From Convolutriloba macropyga (Eukaryota), in assembly GCF_964194025.1 (NCBI RefSeq), contig NC_134470.1, positions 17,546,001 through 17,610,000 on the forward strand: DNA of 64,000 nt, written 5' to 3'. The position numbers were made by a program, and so were the translations under genes. The notes beneath the pieces were generated by a model. The model made no database searches and was not told where the DNA came from. It saw only the letters and a program-made list of their open reading frames with translations. Positions 50,231 through 62,253 of the stretch are shown piece after piece (the first letter of the stretch is position 1; every line of letters starts with the position of its first letter).

Positions 50231-53200
50231 AATTAGGTGAAGCAAATGTAGAACTTAATGAAAATCTTTTGTTAATAGCATTTCGAAAAAGACAAGTTAG
50301 AAAGTCTATTTTAGCCCGTTTTGTTGCCCCGATAATACAATTTTTGAAATTGTGTAGAAACAAAAGCAAATAATTTGATTTGTATACAGAATTTTAATGA
50401 AACCTCCAATTAGGTGAAGAAAATGTCGAACTTCATTAAAAACGTTTGTTAACAACTTTTTGAAAAAGACGAATTGAGAAACCTATGTTAGCCCGTTTTT
50501 TGGCCCCGATAATACACTTTTTGAAATCGTGTAGAAACGAAAGCCTATAGTTTAATTTGTATACAGAATTCTCATGAAATCTCCAATTAGGCGAAGAAAA
50601 TGTCGAACTTCATTAAAATTGTTTGTTAACAACTTTTTGAAAAAGACGAACTGAGAAGCCTATGTTAGCCCGTTTTTTGGCCCCGATAATACACTTTTTG
50701 AAATTGTGTAGAAATGAAAGCCAATAGTTAGATTTGTATACAGAATTTTTATGAAATCTCCAATTAGGTGAAGAAAATGTCGAACTTCATTAAAAACGTT
50801 TGTTAACAACTTTTTGAAAAAGACAAATTGAGAAGCCTATGTTAGCCCGTATTGTTGCCTCAATATTGCACTTATTGAAATTGTGTAGAAAAAGAGCCAA
50901 TAGTTTGATTTGTATACAGAATTTTAATGAAATCACCAATTAGGTGAAGAAAATGTCGAAGTTCACTAAAAACGTTTGTTAACAACTTTTTGAAAAAGAC
51001 GAATTGAAAAGTCTATATTAGCCCGTTTTGTTGCCCTGATACTGAATTTTTTGAGATTGTGTAGAAATAAAAGCTAATAGTTTGATTTGTATACAGAATT
51101 TTTATGAAATCTCCAATTAGGTGAAGAAAATGTCGAACTTCATTAAAAACGTTTGTTAACAACTTTTTGAAAAAGACGAATTGAGAATTCTATATTAGCC
51201 CGTTTTGTTGCCCTGATACTGAATTTTTGAGATTGTGTAGAAATAAAAGCCAATAGTTTGATTTGTGTACAGAATTTATATGAAATCTCCAATAAGGTGA
51301 AGAAAATGTCGAACTTCATTTAAAACGTTTGTTAACAACTTTTTGAAAAAGACGAATTGAGAAGTCTATATTAGGCCCTTTTGTTGCCCTGATACTGAAA
51401 ATTTTGAGATTGTTTAGAAATCAAAGCCAATAGTTTGATTAGCCAATAGTTTGATTTGTATACCGAATTTTTATGAAATCTCCAATTAGGTGAAGAAAAT
51501 ATCGAAGTTTGTTAATTACTTTTTGAAAAAGACAAATTGAGAAATCTATATTTTGTCCATTTTGTTGCCCCAATTATGCACTTTTTTAAATTATGTTGAA
51601 ATAAAAGCCAACAGTTTGATTTATATACGGAATTTTAATGAAACCTCCAATTAGGTGAAGAAAATGTAGAACTTTTTAAAATCCTTTGTTAACAACTTTT
51701 TGAAAAAGACGAGTTGAGAAGCCTATGTTAGCCCGTTTTGTTTCCCCGATAATACACTTTTTGAAATTTTGTAGAAATGAAAGCCTATAGTTTAATTTGT
51801 ATACAGAATTCTCATGAAATCTCCAATTAGGCGAAGAAAATGTCGAACTTCATTAAAAACGTTTGTTAACAACTTTTTGAAAAAGACGAATTGAGAATTC
51901 TATATTAGCCCGTTTTGTTGCCCTGATACTGAATTTTTGAGATTGTGTAGAAATAAAAGCCAATAGTTTGATTTGTGTACAGAATTTTTATGAAATCTCC
52001 AATAAGGTGAAGAAAATGTCGAACTTCATTTAAAACGTTTGTTAACAACTTTTTGAAAAAGACGAATTGAGAAGTCTATATTAGGCCCTTTTGTTGCCCT
52101 GATACTGAAAATTTTGAGATTGTTTAGAAATCAAAGCCAATAGTTTGATTAGCCAATAGTTTGATTTGTATACCGAATTTTTATGAAATCTCCAATTAGG
52201 TGAAGAAAATATCGAAGTTTGTTAATTACTTTTTGAAAAAGACAAATTGAGAAATCTATATTTTGTCCATTTTGTTGCCCCAATTATGCACTTTTTTAAA
52301 TTATGTTGAAATAAAAGCCAACAGTTTGATTTATATACGGAATTTTAATGAAACCTCCAATTAGGTGAAGAAAATGTAGAACTTTTTAAAATCCTTTGTT
52401 AACAACTTTTTGAAAAAGACGAGTTGAGAAGCCTATGTTAGCCCGTTTTGTTTCCCCGATAATACACTTTTTGAAATTTTGTAGAAATGAAAGCAAATAA
52501 TTTGATTTGTATACAGAATTTTAATGAAATCTCCAATTAGGTGAAGAAAATGTAGAACTTCCTTAAAAACATTTGTTAATAACTTTTTGAAAAAGACGAG
52601 TTGAGAAGTCTATATTAGCCCGTTTTGTTGCCTCAATAAAGCAATTTTTGAAATTGTGTTGAAATAAAAGCCAATAGTTTGATTTCTATACAGAATTTTA
52701 ATGAAAACACCAATTGGGTGAAGAAAATGTCGAACTTCATTGAAAACGTTTATTAACAACTTTTTAAAAAAGACAAGTTGAGAGTGTATATTAGTCCATT
52801 TTGTTGCCATAATAAAGTAATTTTTGAGTATGTGTGGAACTAAATGCCAGTATTTTCATTTGTTTACAAAATTTTAATGAATTGTCGAATAAGGTGCAGA
52901 AAATGTCCAATTTCGTGGAAAAACCTCTGTCAATAACTTTTTGAAAAAGACGAGTTAGAAAATCTGTGTTAGCCCATTTTGTTGCATTGAAAAAATGCTT
53001 TATATATTTAACAAGTTTGTGTAGATGTAAATGTCAATACTTTGATTTGTTCGCATAATTTTAATGAACCATCGAAATAGGTGAAGAAAATGTCGAAATT
53101 CATGAAAAACCTCTGTTAATAACTTTTTTAAGAAGACGTGTTAGAGAATCTATGTTATCCCTTTTTGTTGTCGTGATAATTTATTCTATGGGTTTATGTA

Positions 53201-54060
53201 GAAGTAAATGCCAATAGTTTGATTTGTTTACAAAGTTTTAATGAACCTTCCAATTAGGTGAAGAAAATGTCGAACTTCATGAAAAACCTATATAAATAAC
53301 TTTTTGAAGAAGACGAGTTAAAAGACTTATATTAGCTCATTCTGCTGCCGTGATAATTTACTTTATGAGTTAGTGTAGAAGTAACTGCAAACATTTTGAT
53401 TTAATTACAAAATTTTAATAAACCGTCGAATTAGGTGAAAAAAATGTTTAACTTCATGAAAAACGTCTGTTACTAACTTTTTGAAGAAGACAAGTTAGGA
53501 GACCTATGTTAGCCCATTTTGTTGCCGTGATAACGTACTTTATGAGTTTGTGTAGAAGTAACTGCAAAAACTTTGATTTAATTACAAAATTTTAAGGAAC
53601 CCTCGAAATAGGTGAAAAAAATGTTTAACTTCATGAAAAACGTCTGTTACTAACTTTTTGAAGAAGACGAGTTAGAAGACCTATGTTAGCCCATTTTGTT
53701 GCCGTGATAACGTACTTTATGAGTGTGTGTAGAAGTAACTGCAAAAATTTTGATTTAATTACAAAATTTTAATAAACCGTCGAATTAGGTGAAAAAAATG
53801 TTTAACTTCATGAAAAACGTCTGTTACTAACTTTTTGAAGAAGACGAGTTAGAGACCTATGTTAGCCCATTTTGTTGCCGTGATAACGTACTTTATGAGT
53901 GTGTGTAGAAGTAACTGCAAAAACTTTGATTTAATTACAAAATTTTAATGAACCCTCGAAATAGGTGAAAAAAATTTTGAACTTCATTAAAAACATTTGT
54001 TAATAACTTTTTCAAGAAGACGAGTTAGAAAGTGTATAATAGCTTATTTTGTTGCCCTGA
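50231..54060 (+). repeat. ~177-bp satellite, ~21-22 copies, with a 710-bp (4-mer) higher-order duplication
   Basis: AATTAGG(T/C)GAAG..AATGT.GAAC at 50231, 50408, 50585, 50762, 50938, 51115 and onward. The variant block at 51421 is repeated at 52131. Confidence 0.95.
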
Positions 54061-55062
54061 TATTGTACTTTCTAGAACGTTTTAGAACCGATCTCGAAAC
54101 TTTTTATTTCTACCCAAAATATCAAGAAAATGGTCGATTCGTGGTCAAAAATTAGTCATTTTTGTCGATTTTGGACAAAATTCTCCCAAATTTTAAGAGC
54201 AAACATATATGTTTTTGGTAGCAAAATAAACTAGAATTTACGCTTCCAACAGCCATATAATTATCTTTTTGAACTATTGCCAAACAAGAGAATGCGAGGG
54301 CAATGTAGAGACCGAAATCAGGGTCGATTTTAGCGAAATTTTCGAATTTTCAAAGTTGTTTAGTTTAATAACTTTTTTGTTACACGACGTTTTTAAAAGT
54401 ATATTATATCATTTTCTTGCCCATTTAATCCTCTTTACGAATATATATGGGTTGAAAAGTTTCGGTTTAATTTCATTGCCTAATTTTTCGATTTTCCAAA
54501 CTTTGTTGAAAATAGGCAAATTTCAGCCAAATTGTCAAAAATCGAGTTTTTATTTCTTTATTTTTTTTAACTTTTTTAACGCCAGGTTGATGCCCCAGTT
54601 CATGCTGATTCCAAAACATATTCATTTTTTAAATTTGGTTCAGTAGTTTTCGAGATATAAGCCTTTTTCGGACGCATACCAGCACCCCCACCGTCCCAGG
54701 GCACCGGGCGCCCACCCGCAAACCTTTTTTTTATGTGTTCCCGTTCGATTTTTGAAAACCATCTTACTTAGTTAGATTCTATATGAAACCAGCTTTCCAA
54801 TGATATACTTTTTAAATTTCAAGTTTTGAAATGCTCACTTCATAGTTGTTCACCATAAAGCAGGGTATGAAAATTTCGTTTGGTGTGTTGCCTCAGAGGT
54901 AACGTGACATGCTAATTGTGAGGCAACACTGGTGGAGACGGCATCACCTGCATCCCCTCACTGAACTGCCATGAATAGAGCATTTGAAATTGCGCAACGT
55001 ATACGAAAGTTCCGAAAGCTCACACAGTAAGCCGGAAATAGTTTAATTATTTCCAATAGGTC

Positions 55063-55220
55063 GATGTACGGCAATAGGTGGAATTGAATGGGTCGATGTA
55101 ATAGGTCGATGCACAGGTCGATGTACGGCAAAGACGATGGGTCGAACGATGGGAGGAACGATGGGCTGGTCGAATTAGTTCCCATAGGTCGATGTACAAT
55201 AGGTCGATGTACGGCAAAGA
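55063..55220 (+). repeat. Short GGTCGATG(TACGGC) repeats upstream of the SGNH gene
   Basis: About 6 copies of GGTCGATG within 160 bp. Confidence 0.75.
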
Positions 55221-55415
55221 CGGAACGGACCCATACAAAAGTTATATCGTTGGAAAGCTCTCGTCAAGACGAAATCGATAGGCTATATGGCAGCACCCAA
55301 TACGAGCTTACTATACTATATCTGTACTATTATACTATTGGTTGGAAGTTTGTGATGTATTAGTCGCTAAGCGTTTATAGTTGGTGTATCGTTTTTAGAT
55401 ATTGCTGTTGAAAAC

Positions 55416-56060
55416 ATGGACCGTAAACGAATCGGCAGACCTTATGCTTCCGCTAATGCACCACCCAAAAAAGCCCTCAAGCCACTTTTCGCGGATGACC
55501 AAATCAATGGCAGGGTGACAAAGTTGCAACCGAACGGGAGGAACGCTGAATTCATTTTTAACAATTTTGTTGGTGAAAGTGTGCATACTGCAATAGTAGG
55601 GGACTCAATCTTTGATAGTGTTTGTATAAGGAACTGCGTCACATATTCATTGTCAGGCGGACGAATCGAACAATTTCATCTGTTACTCGATACCCTCTCT
55701 GTATATAGGAACGTCATCTTAGCTGTCGGTGGCAACAATTTGTCAAATTGGGGTGAACCCGGAGAGGATCCATCAGTTGTTGTTGATAAATAGCTGAGAA
55801 GCTTGTACAATGCCATCAGGGGCCTTGAAAATCGCCCAAAAGTGATAGTGTGCTCAGTGTTGAAAAGGAATCGCAGCCATTGGAACATCCAACGATTCAA
55901 TGCGGTGCTAAGGCACTCGCAGCTGCCCTTCTTTAAACTTCATCAAGAAGTTTGCAAAAGCAATTTGTTTCTGAGCGACGGTGTCCACCTTAATTTGAAA
56001 GGTAGAAAAGCATTGGCTTGTGCAATGAATAAAGTTGTGAGAGAGCATCAGCTGCACTAA
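55416..56060 (+). pseudogene. SGNH/GDSL hydrolase, one in-frame TAG at 55791-55793
   Basis: AIVGDSI (block I), SLSGGRI (II), LAVGGNNL (III), SDGVHLN (V). ORFs 55416-55793 and 55803-56060 are the same frame. Confidence 0.85.
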
Positions 56061-56304
56061 TTTGATTGACTATTGTTTTCGTTGTTTGTGTTCGTGCAGC
56101 AATTTCCTTCAATTTGTTTTATTAAATCTTTGGTGTTTGTTGACAACTAAGTGGATCTTTTACTAATACAATTCGCAATTTCTTGTATATACTCATCAAG
56201 GTTAATTCATCGTCTTACCTGCAAAATTTTTTTCGAGCATCTGTTAATTTAATCGCTTGCTGAAGCCCTGAAAAGTGGGATAATTTTGATGTGGTTTTAA
56301 CATA

Positions 56305-57310
56305 GGATTTTATCCGCTTCGCTTGGTACAAAGATTCAAATTTCAGGCTCGTGTTTGCGGGTGTCTCTGCCTGCATCGGTATGTCCTCTCAGCGGATTTT
56401 ATCCGCTTCGCCCGTTACAAACAGATTCATTAATTAGGCTCGTGTTTGCGGGTGTTTCTGCCTGCATCGTTATGTCCTCTCAGCGGATTTTATCCGCTTC
56501 GCCCGGTACAAAGATTCAAATTTTAGGCTCGTGTTTGCGGGTGTTTCTGCCTGCATCGCTATGTCCTCTCAGCGGATTTTATCCGCTTCGCCCGGTACAA
56601 AGATTCAAATTTTAGGCTCGTGTTTGCGGGTGTCTCTGCCTGCATCGCTATGTCCACTCAGCGGATTCTATCCGCTTCGCCCGTTACAAACAGATTCATT
56701 GATTAGGCTCGTGTTTGCGGGTGTTTCTGCCTGCATCGTTATGTCCTCTCAGCGGATTTTATCTGCTTCGCCCGGTACAAAGATTCAAATTTTAGGCTCG
56801 TGTTTGCGGGTGTCTCTGCCTGCATCGGTATGTCCACTCAGCGGATTCTATCCGCTTCGCCCGTTACAAACAGATTCATTAATTAGTCTCGTGTTTGCGG
56901 GTGTTTCTGCCTGCATCGTTAAGTCCTCTCAGCGGATTTTATCCGCTTCGCCCGGTACAGAGATTCAAATTTTAGGCTCGTGTTTGCGGGTGTCTCTGCC
57001 TGCATCGCTATGTCCACTCAGTGGATTCTATCCGCTTCGCCCGTTACAAACAGATTCATTAATTAGGCTCGTGTTTGCGGGTGTTTCTGCCTGCATCGTT
57101 ATGTCCTCTCAGCGGATTTTATCCGCTTCGCCCGGTACAAAGATTCAAATTTTAGGCTCGTGTTTGCTGGTGTCTCTGCCTGCATCGCTATGTCCACTCA
57201 GCGGATTCTATCTGCTTCGCCCGTTACAAACAGATTCATTAATTAGGCTCGTGTTTGCGGGTGTTTCTGCCTGCATCGTTATGTCTACTCGGCCTATTTT
57301 ATCCGCTGCG
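56305..57310 (+). repeat. Tandem array of mostly alternating 89/91-bp units (180-bp dimer), ~11 monomers, each with palindrome AGCGGAT-TTT-ATCCGCT
   Basis: Unit start AGGCTCGTGTTTGC at 56345, 56436, 56525, 56614, 56705, 56794, 56885 (AGTCTC variant), 56974, 57065, 57154, 57245. Confidence 0.95.
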
Positions 57311-57550
57311 CGCAATAAAAATAGATTGCATAATTAGGCTTGTTTGCGGTTGATTTTGCTTTTTGAAAATTAAATTGTTCTTTCGAGGTTTTTTCCTGTT
57401 GACATTAAATTAAGTGAGAATTAGTGAATCCTTTGGTTTTATGGTTTAATTTAGTTGACTTTTGGTCGTTGAATTTAAATGACTTTGTTACCATGTCTAA
57501 ATGAGACTCGTTCAGCTAATGGTCTAATTCGTTTACTATTAATTTTAGAG

Positions 57551-59290
57551 ATGCCTTTGAAAATTGAGTTTGTGTTCCTTACGGAAGATTGCCAAGTGTT
57601 AAAATTGAGTTTGTTTGATCCTCGGTGGCCCAAAACCCTGCAAATAAATGAGCGTATGAAACTAAATGATGACGATAAAACATCGCTAATGATTGATGGC
57701 TCTGAGGTTGATTGCGTTCTACTGAAGCATGGTCCACCAGGTGCGATGGACGTGGAGTTCAGAAAAAATCAAGAGATCTATGGTGCGTTTGCGGATCAGT
57801 GTAGTGGTAATTTGGACGTCACCCCACGTAAGGGAGCGCGCTGGGCTGGCAGTAGTTTGACACCAGTTGAGAGTTTTGGACCTGAAAGTCCCAGGGTTCT
57901 GGTTAGATCTCTTGCTTTCGTTTTCTTTATTTTCATGAACGGTGTAAAAATAAAATTCTTTTTGCAACGTGGTAGGACTTTGTTCATCAAGTTTTTGTAG
58001 TATCTTGGCCTTAATAAGAAATTTTGTTGCTTTGTTTGATCTCTTTCCAATGTCGGTTACGTTGCCCTGTTTAGAAATGCTCAAATCATGAAAAGATTGT
58101 GGAAGTCCTCAACGAAGACAAACGTATGTTCAATGAACTTCTTCGAGTCTATAAGAAAACAGTACAGGATTGCAATAAAAAATTGGAAAGCCAGCTACAA
58201 CATTTCAAAGAGATTGTGAGTATATGATTTTCACTGGTCTTGTACAAGTTTTTGCTCATAAGCACTTCACAAATGTTCGACTTTAATCTTCAAATATGCA
58301 GTTTGAAATTATTTGGCTGTTCAGATCTGGAAATTTAATTCGATGTGGGTTGTTTTCTGGATGAAATCAATTTCTTATAGAGTTTTTTGACTTTTAGAAA
58401 GAACTCAAGAAATTAGATGACTCTGTGGACGAGGAGACCAGTGAAGTGCTACCTAGTTTCTATGGAGACGTTGATGTTGACAATCTTCCTGTACCCTCAA
58501 CTCCCGATGAGTTCGGAAGAGTGCTAAGAACAGCACTTTGGGGAGAAACGGGTCTTGAGCGAGAAATAATTTCTCCGAGAGAAAGCGAGGTGCGGAAACC
58601 CGCATCTCCGAAAAGAACTAAGCTTTTCAAAGGTATTTACAAGTACTGTTTTTCAAGAAACTTAAAATTTTCAATATGGGTTCCCTCAAAAAATTTGCAG
58701 ACCCTACACGCTCATCAAGGCAAAAAGTGGTACGGAACTTTTAGCAGCTTTCGGATTTTTCGAAAAATTGGATTTTATTGGTTTTCTCTGTCTTCCCCAA
58801 AACGAAGAGCTGAAATTGTTAAGGTGTTTTGTATGTTCAAGGGCTTGTGAAGAAGCATTTCCCCCCTCGTCTGTGGCCTGAGGCTTACAACGACGCCCGT
58901 TCGTCTGCGAATAGATCGGGCATGGATGCACTGCGGTACCGAAAAAGGAAATCGGACCCATTCTGGTGCGCACAAATGAAAGAAAAGGCAATGTCTAAGA
59001 GAAACAAACAGACAAAAAGGCGACCGAATGAGGAGTCTGACGGTCAAAATTTAAGCAATACACAAACTGATGAGAGTGATTCTGAGCCAGGAAATGTTGA
59101 ATGGAGCCTCAAAGTCTGGTGCGCACAAATGAAAGAAAAGGCAATGTCTAAGAGAAACAAACAGACAAAAAGGCGACCGAATGAGGAGTCTGACGGTCAA
59201 AATTTAAGCAATACACAAACTGATGAGAGTGATTCTGAGCCAGGAAATGTTGAATGGAGCCCTCAAAGTCTTTTGCAATTCTCTATTTGA
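57551..59290 (+). CDS. BEN-domain-like protein 1, 4 exons (57551-57901, 58075-58215, 58398-58632, 58842-59290)
   Basis: GT-AG introns join in frame. Coiled-coil, then DEFGRVLRTALWG...ISP...PASPKRTKLFK|GLVKKHFP...AYNDARSSANRSGMD, a BEN-like helical pattern. Confidence 0.7.
58962..59268 (+). repeat. 153-bp tandem duplication in the last exon of BEN-like gene 1
   Basis: TCTGGTGCGCACAAATGAAAG... at 58962 and 59115. WCAQMKEK...NVEWS occurs twice. Confidence 0.95.
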
Positions 59291-59901
59291 TTTGATGACT
59301 TGATATTTTGTGCTGTTATTAGACTTTGATTAATGGCCGCGAAATAATAGCTGAGGCTGTTATTGTCCTTCTCTTGGTTTTTTTTTCGCGTGCGTGACGT
59401 TATCTTTCACTTTTAGGTGAGCGAGTATTTTTGGTCACACGTGATTTTCCTCACTCTCAAATGATTTCCTCGTTATTAAATTGACTTTTCTTTATTTTAA
59501 AGAGATGAGGTAAAATGAGTGTTTGACACACTACTTGAAAGTTACTATAGAACAGTTAATAGCAGGAGCAGCTAATAAATTATACAGATACATAATTAAA
59601 ATTTAACATCCTTTTTCGCGCGGCTGTTTTCTGGCAATCTGCCAGCTATGTTTGGTTTTCTTTTGTTTATTGAATTTTGGATTGACTCTAATTGCAGAAA
59701 ACATTACGATTCCATCTAATGGCTACCTCAAATTTTTAGATTGATTATACTTGACTCATTGTTCGTTTATTCTTCAAACTGGCGGTTAAAACGTTAAAAT
59801 TTAGACTGATTCTAAACATTTTGAAATTTTTGGTTTCTCTATTTCGTTGCAAACACAATCGAACGTAGTAAAATAATTTAAAAGTTTTTAGATCGTTGAA
59901 A

Positions 59902-61540
59902 ATGAAACCACCTTCGAGAACTGATCGCAAGAAAAGCACCAACCTATTTGATTCGGAGGCCGAAAGAGAAGACAGTATCCGATCCAGTATTTTAACAAAT
60001 AACACGGCGTGGCTCTTCGTTGACAATAAAGAGCTGATTTTGATTACTGTAAGCAGCTTTAAATGGCCACCCAAGACTAAGCCATCTGAAAAGCTAAGTC
60101 TAATCGAAGGTGATAGTTTTGACCTGCGATTCAAAGATGGAAATGTGTCCTGTCGTTTGTTGGCAAAAGGAAACATGAAAAAAGTTGAAGAACTCATGAA
60201 CAACTATCAGCAGGAGCTAGATGCAGGTAAACGGCCGTCTGAATTGCGAAAAACAGTGCTGGCGAATCCTAAGGCACCTGTTGTCGATGAGGTTAATTTC
60301 TTGTGTCGAGGACGTGCACCCGTGATGAACAGTACCGTAGTCTCTCTTGGTAAACCAGCAGGCGTCGAAAAGTCAAAAGCCTCCAATTCTGCGTTATCTC
60401 AGCCAGTCATTTCAGCAAAGAAAAAGAACAATACGGTAAAATGTGACCTTTTTTAACTAATTACAAATGGCATCTTAGAGATTGTTAAAGGCCTCTTTGA
60501 AATTGTCGAAAACTATGAGACTGGTAAACGGTAGAAGGGCAAACTGATAAATGTCGTTGCTGTGCTTTGAAATATTTGCGCTTTTTTAGCCTGAGCCCGT
60601 TCTTTCTCAACCTTCTACTTCTGCGATCACCAGCTCAAGCACACTTCCAACCATTGCGGACAACGCAGTCGATTGTGGGCCAAATTGCCGTCTTCTTCAG
60701 GAATATCTAGATGAGCATGTTGTTGAGATGAATAGTTGGATGAAAGCATTTGAGGAGCTGAAGAAAGCGGACGAAAAAAGACGGGCAAACATATGCGCAA
60801 GAATTGACGCTAAGGTACCCCATCGCTCATTAAGTTTTTCTACTTTTTATGAAATGAACCTACTTGCTAGCCTTTTCAAAAGATCTGAAATTCTCAAGCA
60901 TCATAGAGGCTTAAGTTCTTGTGAATAAATTTCACAGAGTTTGTTACCTGTAAATGTTTAGGCTACCCAATTGAAAGAAACTCGCCTCTTAGATATTCAT
61001 GGGTTCCAAAGCATCGATGACTATCCTTCGCGGAGCGCAGGTATCACAGCAGTCATGCACAACGGTGAAGCCTTATGATGATTCACGCTGGCTCAGATGT
61101 CGGAAAGCTGGGTAGAGCATTGTTTGAGAAGTTGTTTCCGGAAAATGAGCGTGGAAATTACATTCTGGCACCAAAAAGACATGAGGCTGATCGTAGACTT
61201 GAAGCTCCCAGTGAAATTCTCGACAAGTTTACGAGTATGTTTTTAAAATTAGACATGAAGCCTTCCTTTCCATTAGCATTTTCAAAAATCCCTCTTGCGC
61301 GTTATTGGCATTTTAAAAAGATCTCTCTTGCGTGTTAAAATTTTAACCTGCAAAAACCAGCACTTCAAGACAGGTAATCGGCATAGAAGTTAATAAGAGA
61401 TTGTCTTCTTGCTTTCAGAGGTTGTGCAGCAGAAGTACCCTGACACTCCTGGGCTCGCTTTTGAGAAAGCCAGAAAATCGGCAAATCAATACGGCAAGGA
61501 TTGCCGAGGCCGACATTCCAATGTAGAAGAAAATGAGTGA
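59902..61540 (+). pseudogene. BEN-domain-like protein 2, 4 coding exons (59902-60435, 60590-60814, 60962-61234, 61419-61540), 1-nt frameshift near 61071
   Basis: GT-AG introns in compatible phases. DVGKLGRALFEKLFP...ILAPKR...LEAPSEILDKFT|KVVQQKYP...AFEKARKSANQYGKDCR. Paralogous to gene 1. Confidence 0.7.
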
Positions 61541-61935
61541 GGATTCTGCCTCAATTGCGAGCATTCTGCCTGAAAATTTCATTTTCCATTAAGGAGTGCT
61601 GTTTTATTTTTAATTGATCTCGAACGAACTTTGTAGCAATTATTGTAAACGCGTTGGTCTCTATGCAAAAATTTTGCTTGAACATTTTGATTTTTTGAGT
61701 GACTTTTACGCCCTTGACTATCTGCGTTTTAAGTGATCATAATTTCTCTCATTCAAAATTTCAAGTTCCTAATTTCAATTGGCGGCAATTTATTGCTGAA
61801 AGTCAAATGATAAGTGCGCCAAAATTGAAAATAATTTTTCACTTTAAATCTTAATAGCGGTTTTTACTAACCTCTAATGATCAGGCTGCAATTTGTAACT
61901 GATTAGAGCTCCCACTAGTTGTTCGAGAGCAATTT

Positions 61936-62058
61936 TCCCGACGTTAGTCAGTTTTGTTTAGTGAACTTGAACTAACCTTTCGTAACTTTCTTATATAGTC
62001 TCCCGACGTTAGTCGGTTATCTTTTGTGAACTTGAACTAACTTTCTGTAACTTTCTTA
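61936..62058 (+). repeat. ~65-bp direct repeat x2 upstream of the SET-transposase ORF
   Basis: TCCCGACGTTAGTC...GTGAACTTGAACTAAC...GTAACTTTCTTA occurs twice. Confidence 0.8.
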
Positions 62059-62253
62059 GATCCAGTTTGTTTACTTTGTTTAAACATTCGCTGTTTTGCC
62101 AGCGTGAGAAAATTTGTATTGTCTATTGATCCTGAATTAAACATTTTATTAAAACAATGATTACGTTTCCATAAAAGAACTTGGTTAAATAGTTTTTCGA
62201 AATTATCTCTATGACGGGCATAACGTAACCACTGGTTAAGTTTTTCAAGTGAT

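Noticed and set aside
50231-57310. Possible CRISPR-like arrays
   Set aside because: Whole units repeat with no unique spacers, there are no cas genes, and the context is eukaryotic.
56355-57337. ORFs of 86 and 268 aa with repeated sequence
   Set aside because: Artefact of the 180-bp (multiple of 3) tandem dimer. No independent coding signal.
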